IMG/VR virus record: IMGVR_UViG_3300042556_001053 | Location: 50,444 to 114,443 of that record | Strand: one strand, 5' to 3' | Source of the DNA: a virus | Length of the DNA: 64,000 bases | Program-made: the position numbers and the translations under genes | The notes under the pieces: generated by a model | Told to the model about the DNA's origin: nothing | Database searches by the model: none | The model's input: only the letters and a program-made list of their open reading frames with translations | Shown: one piece after another, positions 39,901 through 48,132 of the stretch | Layout of the letters: every line of letters begins with the position of its first letter | Numbering within the stretch: the first letter of the stretch is position 1

Positions 39901-39949
39901 AATAATAGTATATAGTAAATAAACTATATTATGGCAAATAATAGGCTCA

Positions 39950-39982
39950 TTTAACCAAGTGTTCACCTGATGTTCTACTTGA
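39950..39982. promoter_or_regulatory. PHO-box-like 11-nt direct repeats upstream of pstS
   Basis: TTTAACCAAGT GTTCACCTGAT GTTCTACTTGA, resembling the actinobacterial PhoP GTTCACC-N4 unit. Confidence 0.55.
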
Positions 39983-40013
39983 CTTGAACATAGATAAAGT
40001 GTATACTTGGTAT

Positions 40014-40250
40014 ATGAGCAAAGACAAAAGAATACTTAAAGATGGATCAGAAGTTGATTCATTTGATAGGCCAGTTGATTTAATTATACATACCAAGGCC
40101 CCAGAAAAATGGAAATTAGTTGACATGGAAACAGGCGAAGAATACCTTGGCTCTGAAATAGGTACTGACTTTGCAGAAATATTAAGAGAAAAGGTTAAAG
40201 CAAATAAAATAGGCACTTGGGTAAAAACCAAGGGCAAGCAGCTTGACTAA
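40014..40250 (+). CDS. Hypothetical protein
   Basis: IHTKAPEKWKLVDMETGEEY. Confidence 0.6.
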   Translation: MSKDKRILKDGSEVDSFDRPVDLIIHTKAPEKWKLVDMETGEEYLGSEIGTDFAEILREKVKANKIGTWVKTKGKQLD

Positions 40251-40277
40251 ACGACTATCTTAGGGTATACTGAATAT

Positions 40278-40562
40278 ATGAACCAATTTATGGAAAACTA
40301 TGCCTCATGGGTGCTTGCCGTCATAGGGGTCTTAGGTATATTTTTTGTTGGCCGTAAAAATTTTCTTGGCTGGTACATTCTTTTATTCAATGAAACTTTG
40401 TGGATAGTTTATGCTGTTGCTACTAAACAGTATGGGTTTATATTTTCTGCTCTCGCATATGCAGCAGTATATGTTCAATCACATAGACACTGGAAGGCTT
40501 TAGATTCAGAAAAGTTATCTTGGAGGAGTTTTGCCAAGTTGGTCTGGGACCGCAATGATTAA
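40278..40562 (+). CDS. PnuC-like small membrane protein
   Basis: Three TM helices; K..LGW...NE.LWI.Y....QYGF pattern. Confidence 0.55.
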   Translation: MNQFMENYASWVLAVIGVLGIFFVGRKNFLGWYILLFNETLWIVYAVATKQYGFIFSALAYAAVYVQSHRHWKALDSEKLSWRSFAKLVWDRND

Positions 40563-40761
40563 CATGGAGATTCCTGATCCATTCCAAACCTTTGTAGCCA
40601 AGAAGTATGCCAACGCTAAGGGATATGTGCATGACTTCTTTACTGGAGAGTGGTCTTACAAGTGTTTAACTTGTAAAGATGATCTTTATGCTCCATCCCG
40701 CAAAATTATGACAAAGATTCGTTTATACCATACAAGAAATGAGTGCACAGGTGGATACTGA
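40555..40761 (+). CDS. Small zinc-finger-like protein
   Basis: CLTC...H...C. Confidence 0.55.
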   Translation: MINMEIPDPFQTFVAKKYANAKGYVHDFFTGEWSYKCLTCKDDLYAPSRKIMTKIRLYHTRNECTGGY

Positions 40762-40964
40762 AGAAGAGTTTGACTTAGAGTTTACTGTTGAAGAAATGAT
40801 TAATATTTATGGTATTAATAGTCTTGAAGATTTAGATAGGATTAACTAATGTCATTATGTATGCTAGCAATACTTTTAACAGTACCGTCTTTTTTATTGG
40901 GATACTTTATATCGTACCTAGTAATGACTGTTGGAATTAAGCAAGACAAAGAATAGTGGTATTA

Positions 40965-41038
40965 GCTCCAGTAGCTCAGTTGGTTAGAGCCCCAAACTCA
41001 TAATTTGGTCGTCGTAGGTTCAAGTCCTACCTGGTGCA
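40965..41038 (+). tRNA. tRNA with CAU anticodon (Met or lysidine-type Ile2)
   Basis: Cloverleaf with CCAAA-CTCATAA-TTTGG; U3-U70 mismatch; C4-G69 and C5-G68 pairs. Confidence 0.9.
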
Positions 41039-41076
41039 CGAGATCTTTTATAGATCTACTTATATAAGGAGAATAA

Positions 41077-41613
41077 ATGAAAACTGTAGGAGAAAAACTT
41101 GGTAACTTTGCCGTTACTGGAGTTAAGCCTGGGGCATTGTCTTATGATGATTCCTCATTTGAAGTACTAACGCAAGATTCTTTTCCAGGCAAATGGAAGA
41201 TCATTGTGTTTTATCCAAAGGACTTTACATTCGTATGTCCGACAGAAATTGTTGCATACGATGCACTTGTAAATGATTTCAATGATCGTGATGCAGTATT
41301 GATGACTGGATCAGTTGATAATGAATTCTGTAAGGTTGCATGGAGAAATGCACACGATGACCTAAAGAAGACAAACTCATGGGCATTTGCAGATACAGCA
41401 CATCAGTTGGCTGGAGATCTAGGCGTTCATCATTCATCTGGTGTTACATATCGTGCAACATTTATTGTTGATCCAGAGAATACCATTCAGCACATTACGG
41501 TAAATAACCTTGATGTTGGTCGTAATGCAGATGAGGCACTTCGTGTGCTTGATGCACTACAAACAGGAGAGCTTTGTGCATGCAACAGACCTCTTGGAGG
41601 AGAGACTCTATAA
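41077..41613 (+). CDS. ahpC: Peroxiredoxin AhpC
   Basis: FYPKDFTFVCPTEI, GRN.DE.LR, ELCAC (actinobacterial type). Confidence 0.95.
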   Translation: MKTVGEKLGNFAVTGVKPGALSYDDSSFEVLTQDSFPGKWKIIVFYPKDFTFVCPTEIVAYDALVNDFNDRDAVLMTGSVDNEFCKVAWRNAHDDLKKTNSWAFADTAHQLAGDLGVHHSSGVTYRATFIVDPENTIQHITVNNLDVGRNADEALRVLDALQTGELCACNRPLGGETL

Positions 41614-42125
41614 TGTCTTGGGTTGATCAGCTTAAGGACAATCTTCCAGAGTATGCAAAAGACATTAAGTTAAACCTTGATGCAGTAATTAATAGATCAT
41701 CTATTGATTCTGAGCATGCCACATATCTTGCTCTTGCAGCTGCCTTTTCAACTGGAAACGGTAAGCTTGTTGCTTTCATTACAGCAAGTGCAACTGATGA
41801 GGTAGAAAGAAATGCTGCATTGACTGCTGGTGCAATCATGGCACAAAACAATGTTTGGTATCCATATTTAGAAATGGCAGATGATGCTAATCTTACTGGA
41901 TTACCAGCACAACTTCGTATGAATGCAATTGCATCTCATGGTGGTACAACAAAGGGAAAGTTTGAGGCATACTCTCTTGCTTCATCTATTGTTGGTAAGT
42001 GCCACTTCTGTGTTAAAGCACACTATGAAACATTGAAAGAAGAAGGCTATACTATTGAGCAGTTGCGTGATATCGGAAGAATTGCAGCAACAGTTAATGC
42101 ATTAGCAAAGATACTTTCAGCTTAG
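41613..42125 (+). CDS. ahpD: Alkylhydroperoxidase AhpD
   Basis: LPEYAKDIKLNL, MAQNNVWY, CHFCVKAH. Confidence 0.9.
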   Translation: MSWVDQLKDNLPEYAKDIKLNLDAVINRSSIDSEHATYLALAAAFSTGNGKLVAFITASATDEVERNAALTAGAIMAQNNVWYPYLEMADDANLTGLPAQLRMNAIASHGGTTKGKFEAYSLASSIVGKCHFCVKAHYETLKEEGYTIEQLRDIGRIAATVNALAKILSA

Positions 42126-42129
42126 AAAA

Positions 42130-42156
42130 AGTCCTGGGTATGACTAAAACTGCCCA
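42130..42156 (+). ncRNA. 3'-UTR H-type pseudoknot, copy 5
   Basis: AGTC-C-TGGGTA-T-GACT-AAAAC-TGCCCA, with compensatory changes. Confidence 0.6.
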
Positions 42157-42197
42157 ACATAAGATACTAAAGATTTGTATAGAAAAGGAAAAAGTAA

Positions 42198-43247
42198 TTG
42201 AAAGATTCTATTTTTATAGCTATAGCTGCTTGTAATGAAAGATTTATAGAGCAAACAGTTAGAAGCGCATTAACTAATGCAGAGAATCCAGACAATATAT
42301 TTTTTGGAATATTTAACAATATTACTGATCCTAAAAAATCATTATTATCAAATGACTATATTACAAAAAACAAACATATTTTTTATGCAGAAATCATAAC
42401 TCCATGTCCTATGGGTATAGGCTTCGGCAGATTAAATGCTTCATTGTTACAGTTTAAAAAATTTGATTATATGTTTCAGATAGATGCACATACTCTTTTT
42501 CCAAAGAATTGGGACAAAAGCATTATAAGTAGCTTCAACTTAATAAAAAATGAAAATGATATTGATGAAAACAAAATTATTGTATCATCTTCATCACCAA
42601 TTATATGGTATAACTTTAAAGAAGATCCCTATAAAATTATGATTAATAAGACTAATAAATCTTCTAGTGATTTTATTGAAATAGATCCTTATAACTTAGA
42701 AGAGTATTTTTCAAAAGATATAGAGTCTGGAGCAATAAAAGTAAAAATGTTCTATGATGGAAAACAAGGAGATGTTCTTCTTGAAGGAAATTTAGGATTT
42801 CCAATGGTATATGGTGAAAGAAAGATAAAAGAAGGATTACAGTATGAAGAAACAAATGGCGTTCATGCTTCCTTTATGTTTTCAAAAGCTAATCTTAATA
42901 GAGATTTATTACACGACCCAGAGGATACTTTTGATGGAGATCAAACTAACTACAGCATAAGATTATTGAGTAGAGGCTATCGCATATTTTCTACTAAGTA
43001 TCCAGTAATAGCATGCTTAAACAAGCAAGAGGAGCATAAGATCTATGATCCAGAGTATAATCATAGAGCTGCTGAATATTCTAATGAAACTCCTGCAGCA
43101 AACTATCTTTCTTATAAGCATAACGATGACAGAGATTTTTTTAAAGACATTATTTCTGGTAAGTATTTTGGATATTGGGGAGCACCAGATATGGAGTCTC
43201 TTAATCTTGCTAAAAAACAAATTCAATATCCAGAATTTAAAGGTTAG
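42198..43247 (+). CDS. Gnt1/GT60-like (hydroxyproline) GlcNAc-transferase
   Basis: SIFIAIAA..E...QTV..A...A.NP..IFFGI, GIGFGR, QIDAHTLF.KNWD, F.GDQ...SIRL..RGY.IF motifs. Confidence 0.65.
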   Translation: MKDSIFIAIAACNERFIEQTVRSALTNAENPDNIFFGIFNNITDPKKSLLSNDYITKNKHIFYAEIITPCPMGIGFGRLNASLLQFKKFDYMFQIDAHTLFPKNWDKSIISSFNLIKNENDIDENKIIVSSSSPIIWYNFKEDPYKIMINKTNKSSSDFIEIDPYNLEEYFSKDIESGAIKVKMFYDGKQGDVLLEGNLGFPMVYGERKIKEGLQYEETNGVHASFMFSKANLNRDLLHDPEDTFDGDQTNYSIRLLSRGYRIFSTKYPVIACLNKQEEHKIYDPEYNHRAAEYSNETPAANYLSYKHNDDRDFFKDIISGKYFGYWGAPDMESLNLAKKQIQYPEFKG

Positions 43248-43258
43248 AAAAAGTACAA

Positions 43259-43332
43259 GCACCAGTAGCCAAGTTGGTTAAGGCATCAGTCTTATATACT
43301 GAAGATCGTAGGTTCAAGTCCTGCCTGGTGTA
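43259..43332 (+). tRNA. tRNA-Ile(UAU)
   Basis: Cloverleaf with TCAGT-CTTATAT-ACTGA anticodon arm; discriminator A. Confidence 0.9.
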
Positions 43333-43352
43333 CGTGTGATATACTTAATATT

Positions 43353-43448
43353 ATGAAAAATATTATATTAAATTTTCAATATTATATTGAAAAAATATAT
43401 AGATTTGTTTTTAGAAAAAACAAAAAAAGGAAAGAATATATATACTAA
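43353..43448 (+). CDS. 31-aa basic micropeptide
   Basis: MKNIILNFQYYIEKIYRFVFRKNKKRKEYIY; TAATG-coupled; TGATATACT promoter. Confidence 0.5.
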   Translation: MKNIILNFQYYIEKIYRFVFRKNKKRKEYIY

Positions 43449-44380
43449 TGAAAGATATTGAAAACATTATAGATAAAAAAAAATTATTTTCATCAACAAA
43501 ACAAAACGCACCATTTGACAATATAACTCAAAACTTACTAATGTTTCAAGATGTTGTTGCTTGGCCTGATCCAGATGAAAGCATAGATTTTTATAACCTA
43601 GATAATCATGAATATGTTTATAACGGTTGGTCAGACTATTTAGTTAACAGACTTTATATGAGGTCTCCAAAATTTAATAAAAGCAATAGTATACTAACTA
43701 GCGGATGCTCACATAGCTGGGGAGTTGGCATTAAAGATACACTAACATGGTCAAACCTTGTTGCAGAAAACTATAAATTAGGCTATTCAAATGTTGCTCT
43801 TCCTGGGTCATCAGTTATGCTTCAAGTATTAAATATATTTCAATATTGTAATACCTTTGGTAATCCAAAAATTATACTATGTATGTTCCCAAATTTTGAA
43901 AGAATAAGAGTTTTTGTTGAAAATAATATTTTAGAAGGAGATACATTAACAAAATATAATTTTGGTCCTGCAAATGCATTTACAAATAGAATAATAAACA
44001 AGCCAAAGATCACCAAACTACCAGCCAACAAAGACATTCTGGTATCTGAAAATCATGCTTTTTACAATAGTGTGTGCTTTATTATGATGTTAGAAAAATA
44101 TTGTAAGTCAAATAATATAAAACTTGCATGGTCTTCTTGGGAACATGAAAAATATAATGATCCATTTAATAACATTTTTGAAAATTACATAAACAATAGT
44201 GCTGGATTAAATGCACAGAATATATCTAACTGTAAGAGTCACCAAGATTTAAGAGATGCATTCCCTGATATTTATGATGAAGCAGCTGATGTTCCAAAAG
44301 GACACTTTGGTATTCATTGGCACAAGCATGTATCAGAGCTTTTTATTAATGAAATCAATCAGAAAAATCTATTATCTTAA
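43448..44380 (+). CDS. SGNH-like protein
   Basis: GCSHSWGVG..TW, NVALPGSS, C-terminal D...GHFG...H. Confidence 0.6.
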   Translation: MKDIENIIDKKKLFSSTKQNAPFDNITQNLLMFQDVVAWPDPDESIDFYNLDNHEYVYNGWSDYLVNRLYMRSPKFNKSNSILTSGCSHSWGVGIKDTLTWSNLVAENYKLGYSNVALPGSSVMLQVLNIFQYCNTFGNPKIILCMFPNFERIRVFVENNILEGDTLTKYNFGPANAFTNRIINKPKITKLPANKDILVSENHAFYNSVCFIMMLEKYCKSNNIKLAWSSWEHEKYNDPFNNIFENYINNSAGLNAQNISNCKSHQDLRDAFPDIYDEAADVPKGHFGIHWHKHVSELFINEINQKNLLS

Positions 44381-45796
44381 AATGTTTTTAGAATAGTTTG
44401 CTTCCCACTGTCTTATATCTTCTTCATCGTTTAAAAGTGGCTGACCTTTTATGTTAAGGCTAGTGTTTAATAAAATTGGTATGCCAGTCTCTAAATAAAA
44501 CTTATTCAATACCCTGTACAAGCCTCTATGCTGCTCTCTGTTTACAGTTTGAACTCTAGATGTACCGTCAGCGTGTACCACAGAAGGTATCTTATCTGGC
44601 TGAAGACACTTAACGGTATACTGCATGTAAGGGCTTGTAAAGTCCATATCAAACCACTTAGAGGCACACTCCTCAAGAACTACTGGAGCAAAAGGTCTAA
44701 ATAGCTCTCTCTGTTTGATTAAATTAACTTTGTCTTTAATTAGTGGATCTCTTGGGTCAGCAAGAATACTTCTATTGCCTAATGCTCTTGGACCGTATTC
44801 TGCCCTACCTGATGCTACTGCTACGATTCCATCTTTTAATATACCGTCAACAATTTTCTGAACTGGATATTCTCCACCAATGTCATAGCCAAGATAGGGT
44901 GTCTTCCAATTAATGTGTTTTCCGTATAAGGCTGCTGCTGCTCCTAAAGAACTCCCAGCATCTCCTGGATTTGGCATAATCCATACATCTTTAAAGATAT
45001 TCCATAGCAGTGTATTTGCTGAAGAATTAAGGGCACATCCACCCATAAACACTAGATTGTTTTTTCCAGTAATTGAGTATGCCATATGCATAAACTCATT
45101 CAGTCTTTGCTGATAAACCATTTGTACTGCTGCTGCAATATCAAATTTATCTTGTTCTGACTGAATCAAACCCCAATCATTAATTCCTTTATGAAAGTTA
45201 TATTTTTGTTTATAATATGAAGGAAAATAGTCATCAACCTTTTTATAATACTTTGTCCAGTCTCCATATGCAGCCATACCCATCATAATATATTCTTCTT
45301 GATTAGGCATTAGACCAATTAGTTGAGTGAAAGCAGAGTAGAACAGTCCAAAACTAACTGGATAGTTTTGCTTATACTTGAGGCTAATCTTTTCGCCTTC
45401 TCCAACCCAGATAGTTGATGTGTTATATTCTCCAATTGCATCAAGTACTACTATGACAGCATCACTAAACTTACTAGTATAGTATCCAGCAGCAGCATGT
45501 GAGTAGTGATGGCTGAATGATTTTCTTGGTATCCCGTCAATTTTAAGCCTTGGCTTCCAGTCCCCATGACCACCTCTTAAAACCAGTCTAGAGGCCTTTA
45601 GAGCTGGTTTTTCATAGTAGGCTATAGCATCTGGTTCACCATATTGAAAAGCATCATTAATTAAATAATCATTCACATACCAGTCATTTTTTTTCTTGCT
45701 GTATCTTTCTGCATGACCAGCAAAAAGTATCTCTCCATCTTTAATTAAAGACAGGGATGCGTCATGAGATGTTTCATTTATGCCAAGGATTATCAT
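44372..45796 (-). CDS. O-carbamoyltransferase (NodU/CmcH family)
   Basis: HDAS, HHYSHAA, GGCALN, GRAEYGPRALGNRSILADP, RELFRPFAP, LNTSLN motifs. Confidence 0.93.
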   Translation of the reverse strand: MIILGINETSHDASLSLIKDGEILFAGHAERYSKKKNDWYVNDYLINDAFQYGEPDAIAYYEKPALKASRLVLRGGHGDWKPRLKIDGIPRKSFSHHYSHAAAGYYTSKFSDAVIVVLDAIGEYNTSTIWVGEGEKISLKYKQNYPVSFGLFYSAFTQLIGLMPNQEEYIMMGMAAYGDWTKYYKKVDDYFPSYYKQKYNFHKGINDWGLIQSEQDKFDIAAAVQMVYQQRLNEFMHMAYSITGKNNLVFMGGCALNSSANTLLWNIFKDVWIMPNPGDAGSSLGAAAALYGKHINWKTPYLGYDIGGEYPVQKIVDGILKDGIVAVASGRAEYGPRALGNRSILADPRDPLIKDKVNLIKQRELFRPFAPVVLEECASKWFDMDFTSPYMQYTVKCLQPDKIPSVVHADGTSRVQTVNREQHRGLYRVLNKFYLETGIPILLNTSLNIKGQPLLNDEEDIRQWEANYSKNILR

Positions 45797-45882
45797 TAAT
45801 AAATAAAATTTCTTTTTTTTGTTTTTCTTTTTTTAAAGAATATAAGTATTTGGTAGAATTTCCACCTAATATTATTTATCAT
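45796..45882 (-). CDS. 28-aa basic micropeptide
   Basis: MINNIRWKFYQILIFFKKRKTKKRNFIY; TAATG-coupled to the carbamoyltransferase. Confidence 0.5.
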   Translation of the reverse strand: MINNIRWKFYQILIFFKKRKTKKRNFIY

Positions 45883-46777
45883 TGTCTATTTCCATGTATC
45901 TATTAATAAAAAGTTCTGCCATGTGTTGATGGTTGTGAATTCCCCAATGACCTACACCTCTTTTACTGCCATAGTCTGCAGCCCAGTCATACAATTTATG
46001 ATTATTATTAATTTTGTTGACACACTCATCATGTATTGTTTTATATGGAAAATCATCATATGCTGAATATTTAGATGTTTTTAAATAGTTGTTTGAAATA
46101 TTAGGAAGTGATTCTATGTCTACCTTTAAATTATAATCATCATATATACTCCATATAAGCTTTATATGGTTTGATTTGCAATATTGTTCCAACATTGATA
46201 TAAACATAAAATTATAAAATACTACAAATTCATTTGGAATAACATATGTTGGATCGTGTGGAACCTTGGAAAATTTTAATACAGATCGTTCATTAAAGTA
46301 TGCATTTGAGAACCCATTTGTTTTTGGTCTATTTTCTAAATTTGTTCCGCCAGTAGATAAAAACGATTCTGGAATTATAGGGTATTCTAGTCTATTTATT
46401 GGAAACAATGCTACAATTATTTTTGGATTACCTATTTCTTCAAAATACCTGAATGCTTTATAGATTTGACCACCTATGCTATCTCCTAAAAATGCAAGTC
46501 TTGAACATTTTTTATTTATAGATTTACAAAAAATTTCTGACCAGGTAAATTCATTTGGCATTCCAGCACCATAAGTTTGGGAGCATCCTAAAACTAAAAC
46601 TTCATTATCTTTATCAAACTCATCAGACCTATAACCATAACTATTTATTCCATATTCAACTCTTTCTAAAATATCGGAAGGAGAATAAATTATTCTTGGA
46701 CTCTCTTTTTTATGATTAATTCCTAGATGAATCAAGCTTCTGTATAATAAAAGTTCTTCAAAATTATAGCTATCCAT
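45872..46777 (-). CDS. SGNH-like protein
   Basis: NSYGYRSDEF, LGCSQTYG, GHWG...H. Confidence 0.6.
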   Translation of the reverse strand: MDSYNFEELLLYRSLIHLGINHKKESPRIIYSPSDILERVEYGINSYGYRSDEFDKDNEVLVLGCSQTYGAGMPNEFTWSEIFCKSINKKCSRLAFLGDSIGGQIYKAFRYFEEIGNPKIIVALFPINRLEYPIIPESFLSTGGTNLENRPKTNGFSNAYFNERSVLKFSKVPHDPTYVIPNEFVVFYNFMFISMLEQYCKSNHIKLIWSIYDDYNLKVDIESLPNISNNYLKTSKYSAYDDFPYKTIHDECVNKINNNHKLYDWAADYGSKRGVGHWGIHNHQHMAELFINRYMEIDNDK

Positions 46778-46871
46778 TGTTATAATATTCTTTCCCCTAC
46801 TTTAAGAACAACTTATTAATTGTATCATGTATTTGACTTTTAGGTTTATACCATGTATACTTATATTAAAT

Positions 46872-46943
46872 GCCTTTATAGCTCAGCGGAAGAGCGGACG
46901 GTTTCTACCCGTTAGGTCGGAGGTTCAAATCCTTCTAGGGGCA
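46872..46943 (+). tRNA. tRNA-Arg(UCU)
   Basis: Cloverleaf with GACGG-TTTCTAC-CCGTT. Confidence 0.9.
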
Positions 46944-47516
46944 CCTTTTTATGTAGATGTCTGCATACATATTTTGCTGTAATGCAAAACCAATTACTTC
47001 CCAGTCTTTATTTTCATCAAGGAATTCACAAACCACTTCAATAACACCGTAATCAACACCATGATCCTGATCAACTATGTAATCATTAAATCCAATTATT
47101 CCACCTTCAGCAAGCAATTCAAGGGAATTTATAAGGTCAGCCTTGCAGTGCTCATAGTCATGGTTAGCATCTATGTATATGTAGTCAAATTTTTTATCAA
47201 GTGTTGGCATTATTATTTCGCTATACCCTTGGTGATAAGTAATAGTTTTAACATTCTTAAATCTATTTTTTACAAAATTAAAGTGCCCTGATCTATTAAA
47301 TCTATTACAGTCAGGCCAGTCATTGGACCTAAATACGTCTACAAGGTCAATAGAGGCTGGATTAACTTCTTTTATAAGTACTTCTGCATAGTCTCCAGCA
47401 AGTGTACCTATCTCAAGTATCCTTGATCCTTTTGGAATATGCTTTGCAAATTCTTCCTTGCTAGTAAAAAGTCTTGCATTATTAAGCTGTTCTTGTGATA
47501 TAGTTTTAATAGACAT
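46935..47516 (-). CDS. Class I SAM methyltransferase (Methyltransf_24-like)
   Basis: LEIGTLAG, FDYIYIDANH, GG...NDY. Confidence 0.85.
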   Translation of the reverse strand: MSIKTISQEQLNNARLFTSKEEFAKHIPKGSRILEIGTLAGDYAEVLIKEVNPASIDLVDVFRSNDWPDCNRFNRSGHFNFVKNRFKNVKTITYHQGYSEIIMPTLDKKFDYIYIDANHDYEHCKADLINSLELLAEGGIIGFNDYIVDQDHGVDYGVIEVVCEFLDENKDWEVIGFALQQNMYADIYIKRCP

Positions 47517-47556
47517 AAGCCTAGTATATCAGAGTCTCTGGTGTATAATGATATGT

Positions 47557-48132
47557 ATGGGGTATCCAAATTGGTTTAATATAAGTGCCGTGAAATATTT
47601 TGACTTAATCTTGCCACGCAGGTTTGCAGGTAAGCCCTTGATAGACTTTCTACAAATAGGTGCCTATACTGGAGATGCTAGCCAGTGGATGTTAGATAAG
47701 ATACTTACAGATCCAACTTCATGGCTTACTGATGTTGATACCTGGTCTGGCTCTGAAGAAGAAGCACACAAGAAATTTGACTGGAATGAACTTGAACAGT
47801 TTTATGATAGCAGAATGTCTGCTTATACAAATGTATGTAAAGTTAAAGGGTACTCTGAAGAGTTCCTTAATACCGCTGAGAAATCACACTATGATTTTAT
47901 ATACATAGATGGCGATCATACTGCACATGGAGTATATACAGATGCAATACTTGGCTGGGATAAGCTAAAAATTAATGGGATAATGGCATTTGATGACTAC
48001 CTATGGCAACATGATACATACCAGGAACACCTTAGACCTAAGCCAGGAATAGATAGGTTTTTACAAGAGCATAGTGGTAAATATCAGATACTGATTATGG
48101 ATGAGCAAGTTTGGATATTAAAGCATGAGTAA
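47557..48132 (+). CDS. Class I SAM methyltransferase (Methyltransf_24-like)
   Basis: LQIGAYTG, YDFIYIDGDH, AFDDY; leaderless start after TATAAT. Confidence 0.85.
   Translation: MGYPNWFNISAVKYFDLILPRRFAGKPLIDFLQIGAYTGDASQWMLDKILTDPTSWLTDVDTWSGSEEEAHKKFDWNELEQFYDSRMSAYTNVCKVKGYSEEFLNTAEKSHYDFIYIDGDHTAHGVYTDAILGWDKLKINGIMAFDDYLWQHDTYQEHLRPKPGIDRFLQEHSGKYQILIMDEQVWILKHE

Noticed and set aside
24203-42156. Pseudoknots as stop-readthrough signals or plain terminators
   Set aside because: Stop-to-structure distance varies from 4 to 16 nt, no long downstream frame is evident, and a U-tract follows at most one copy.
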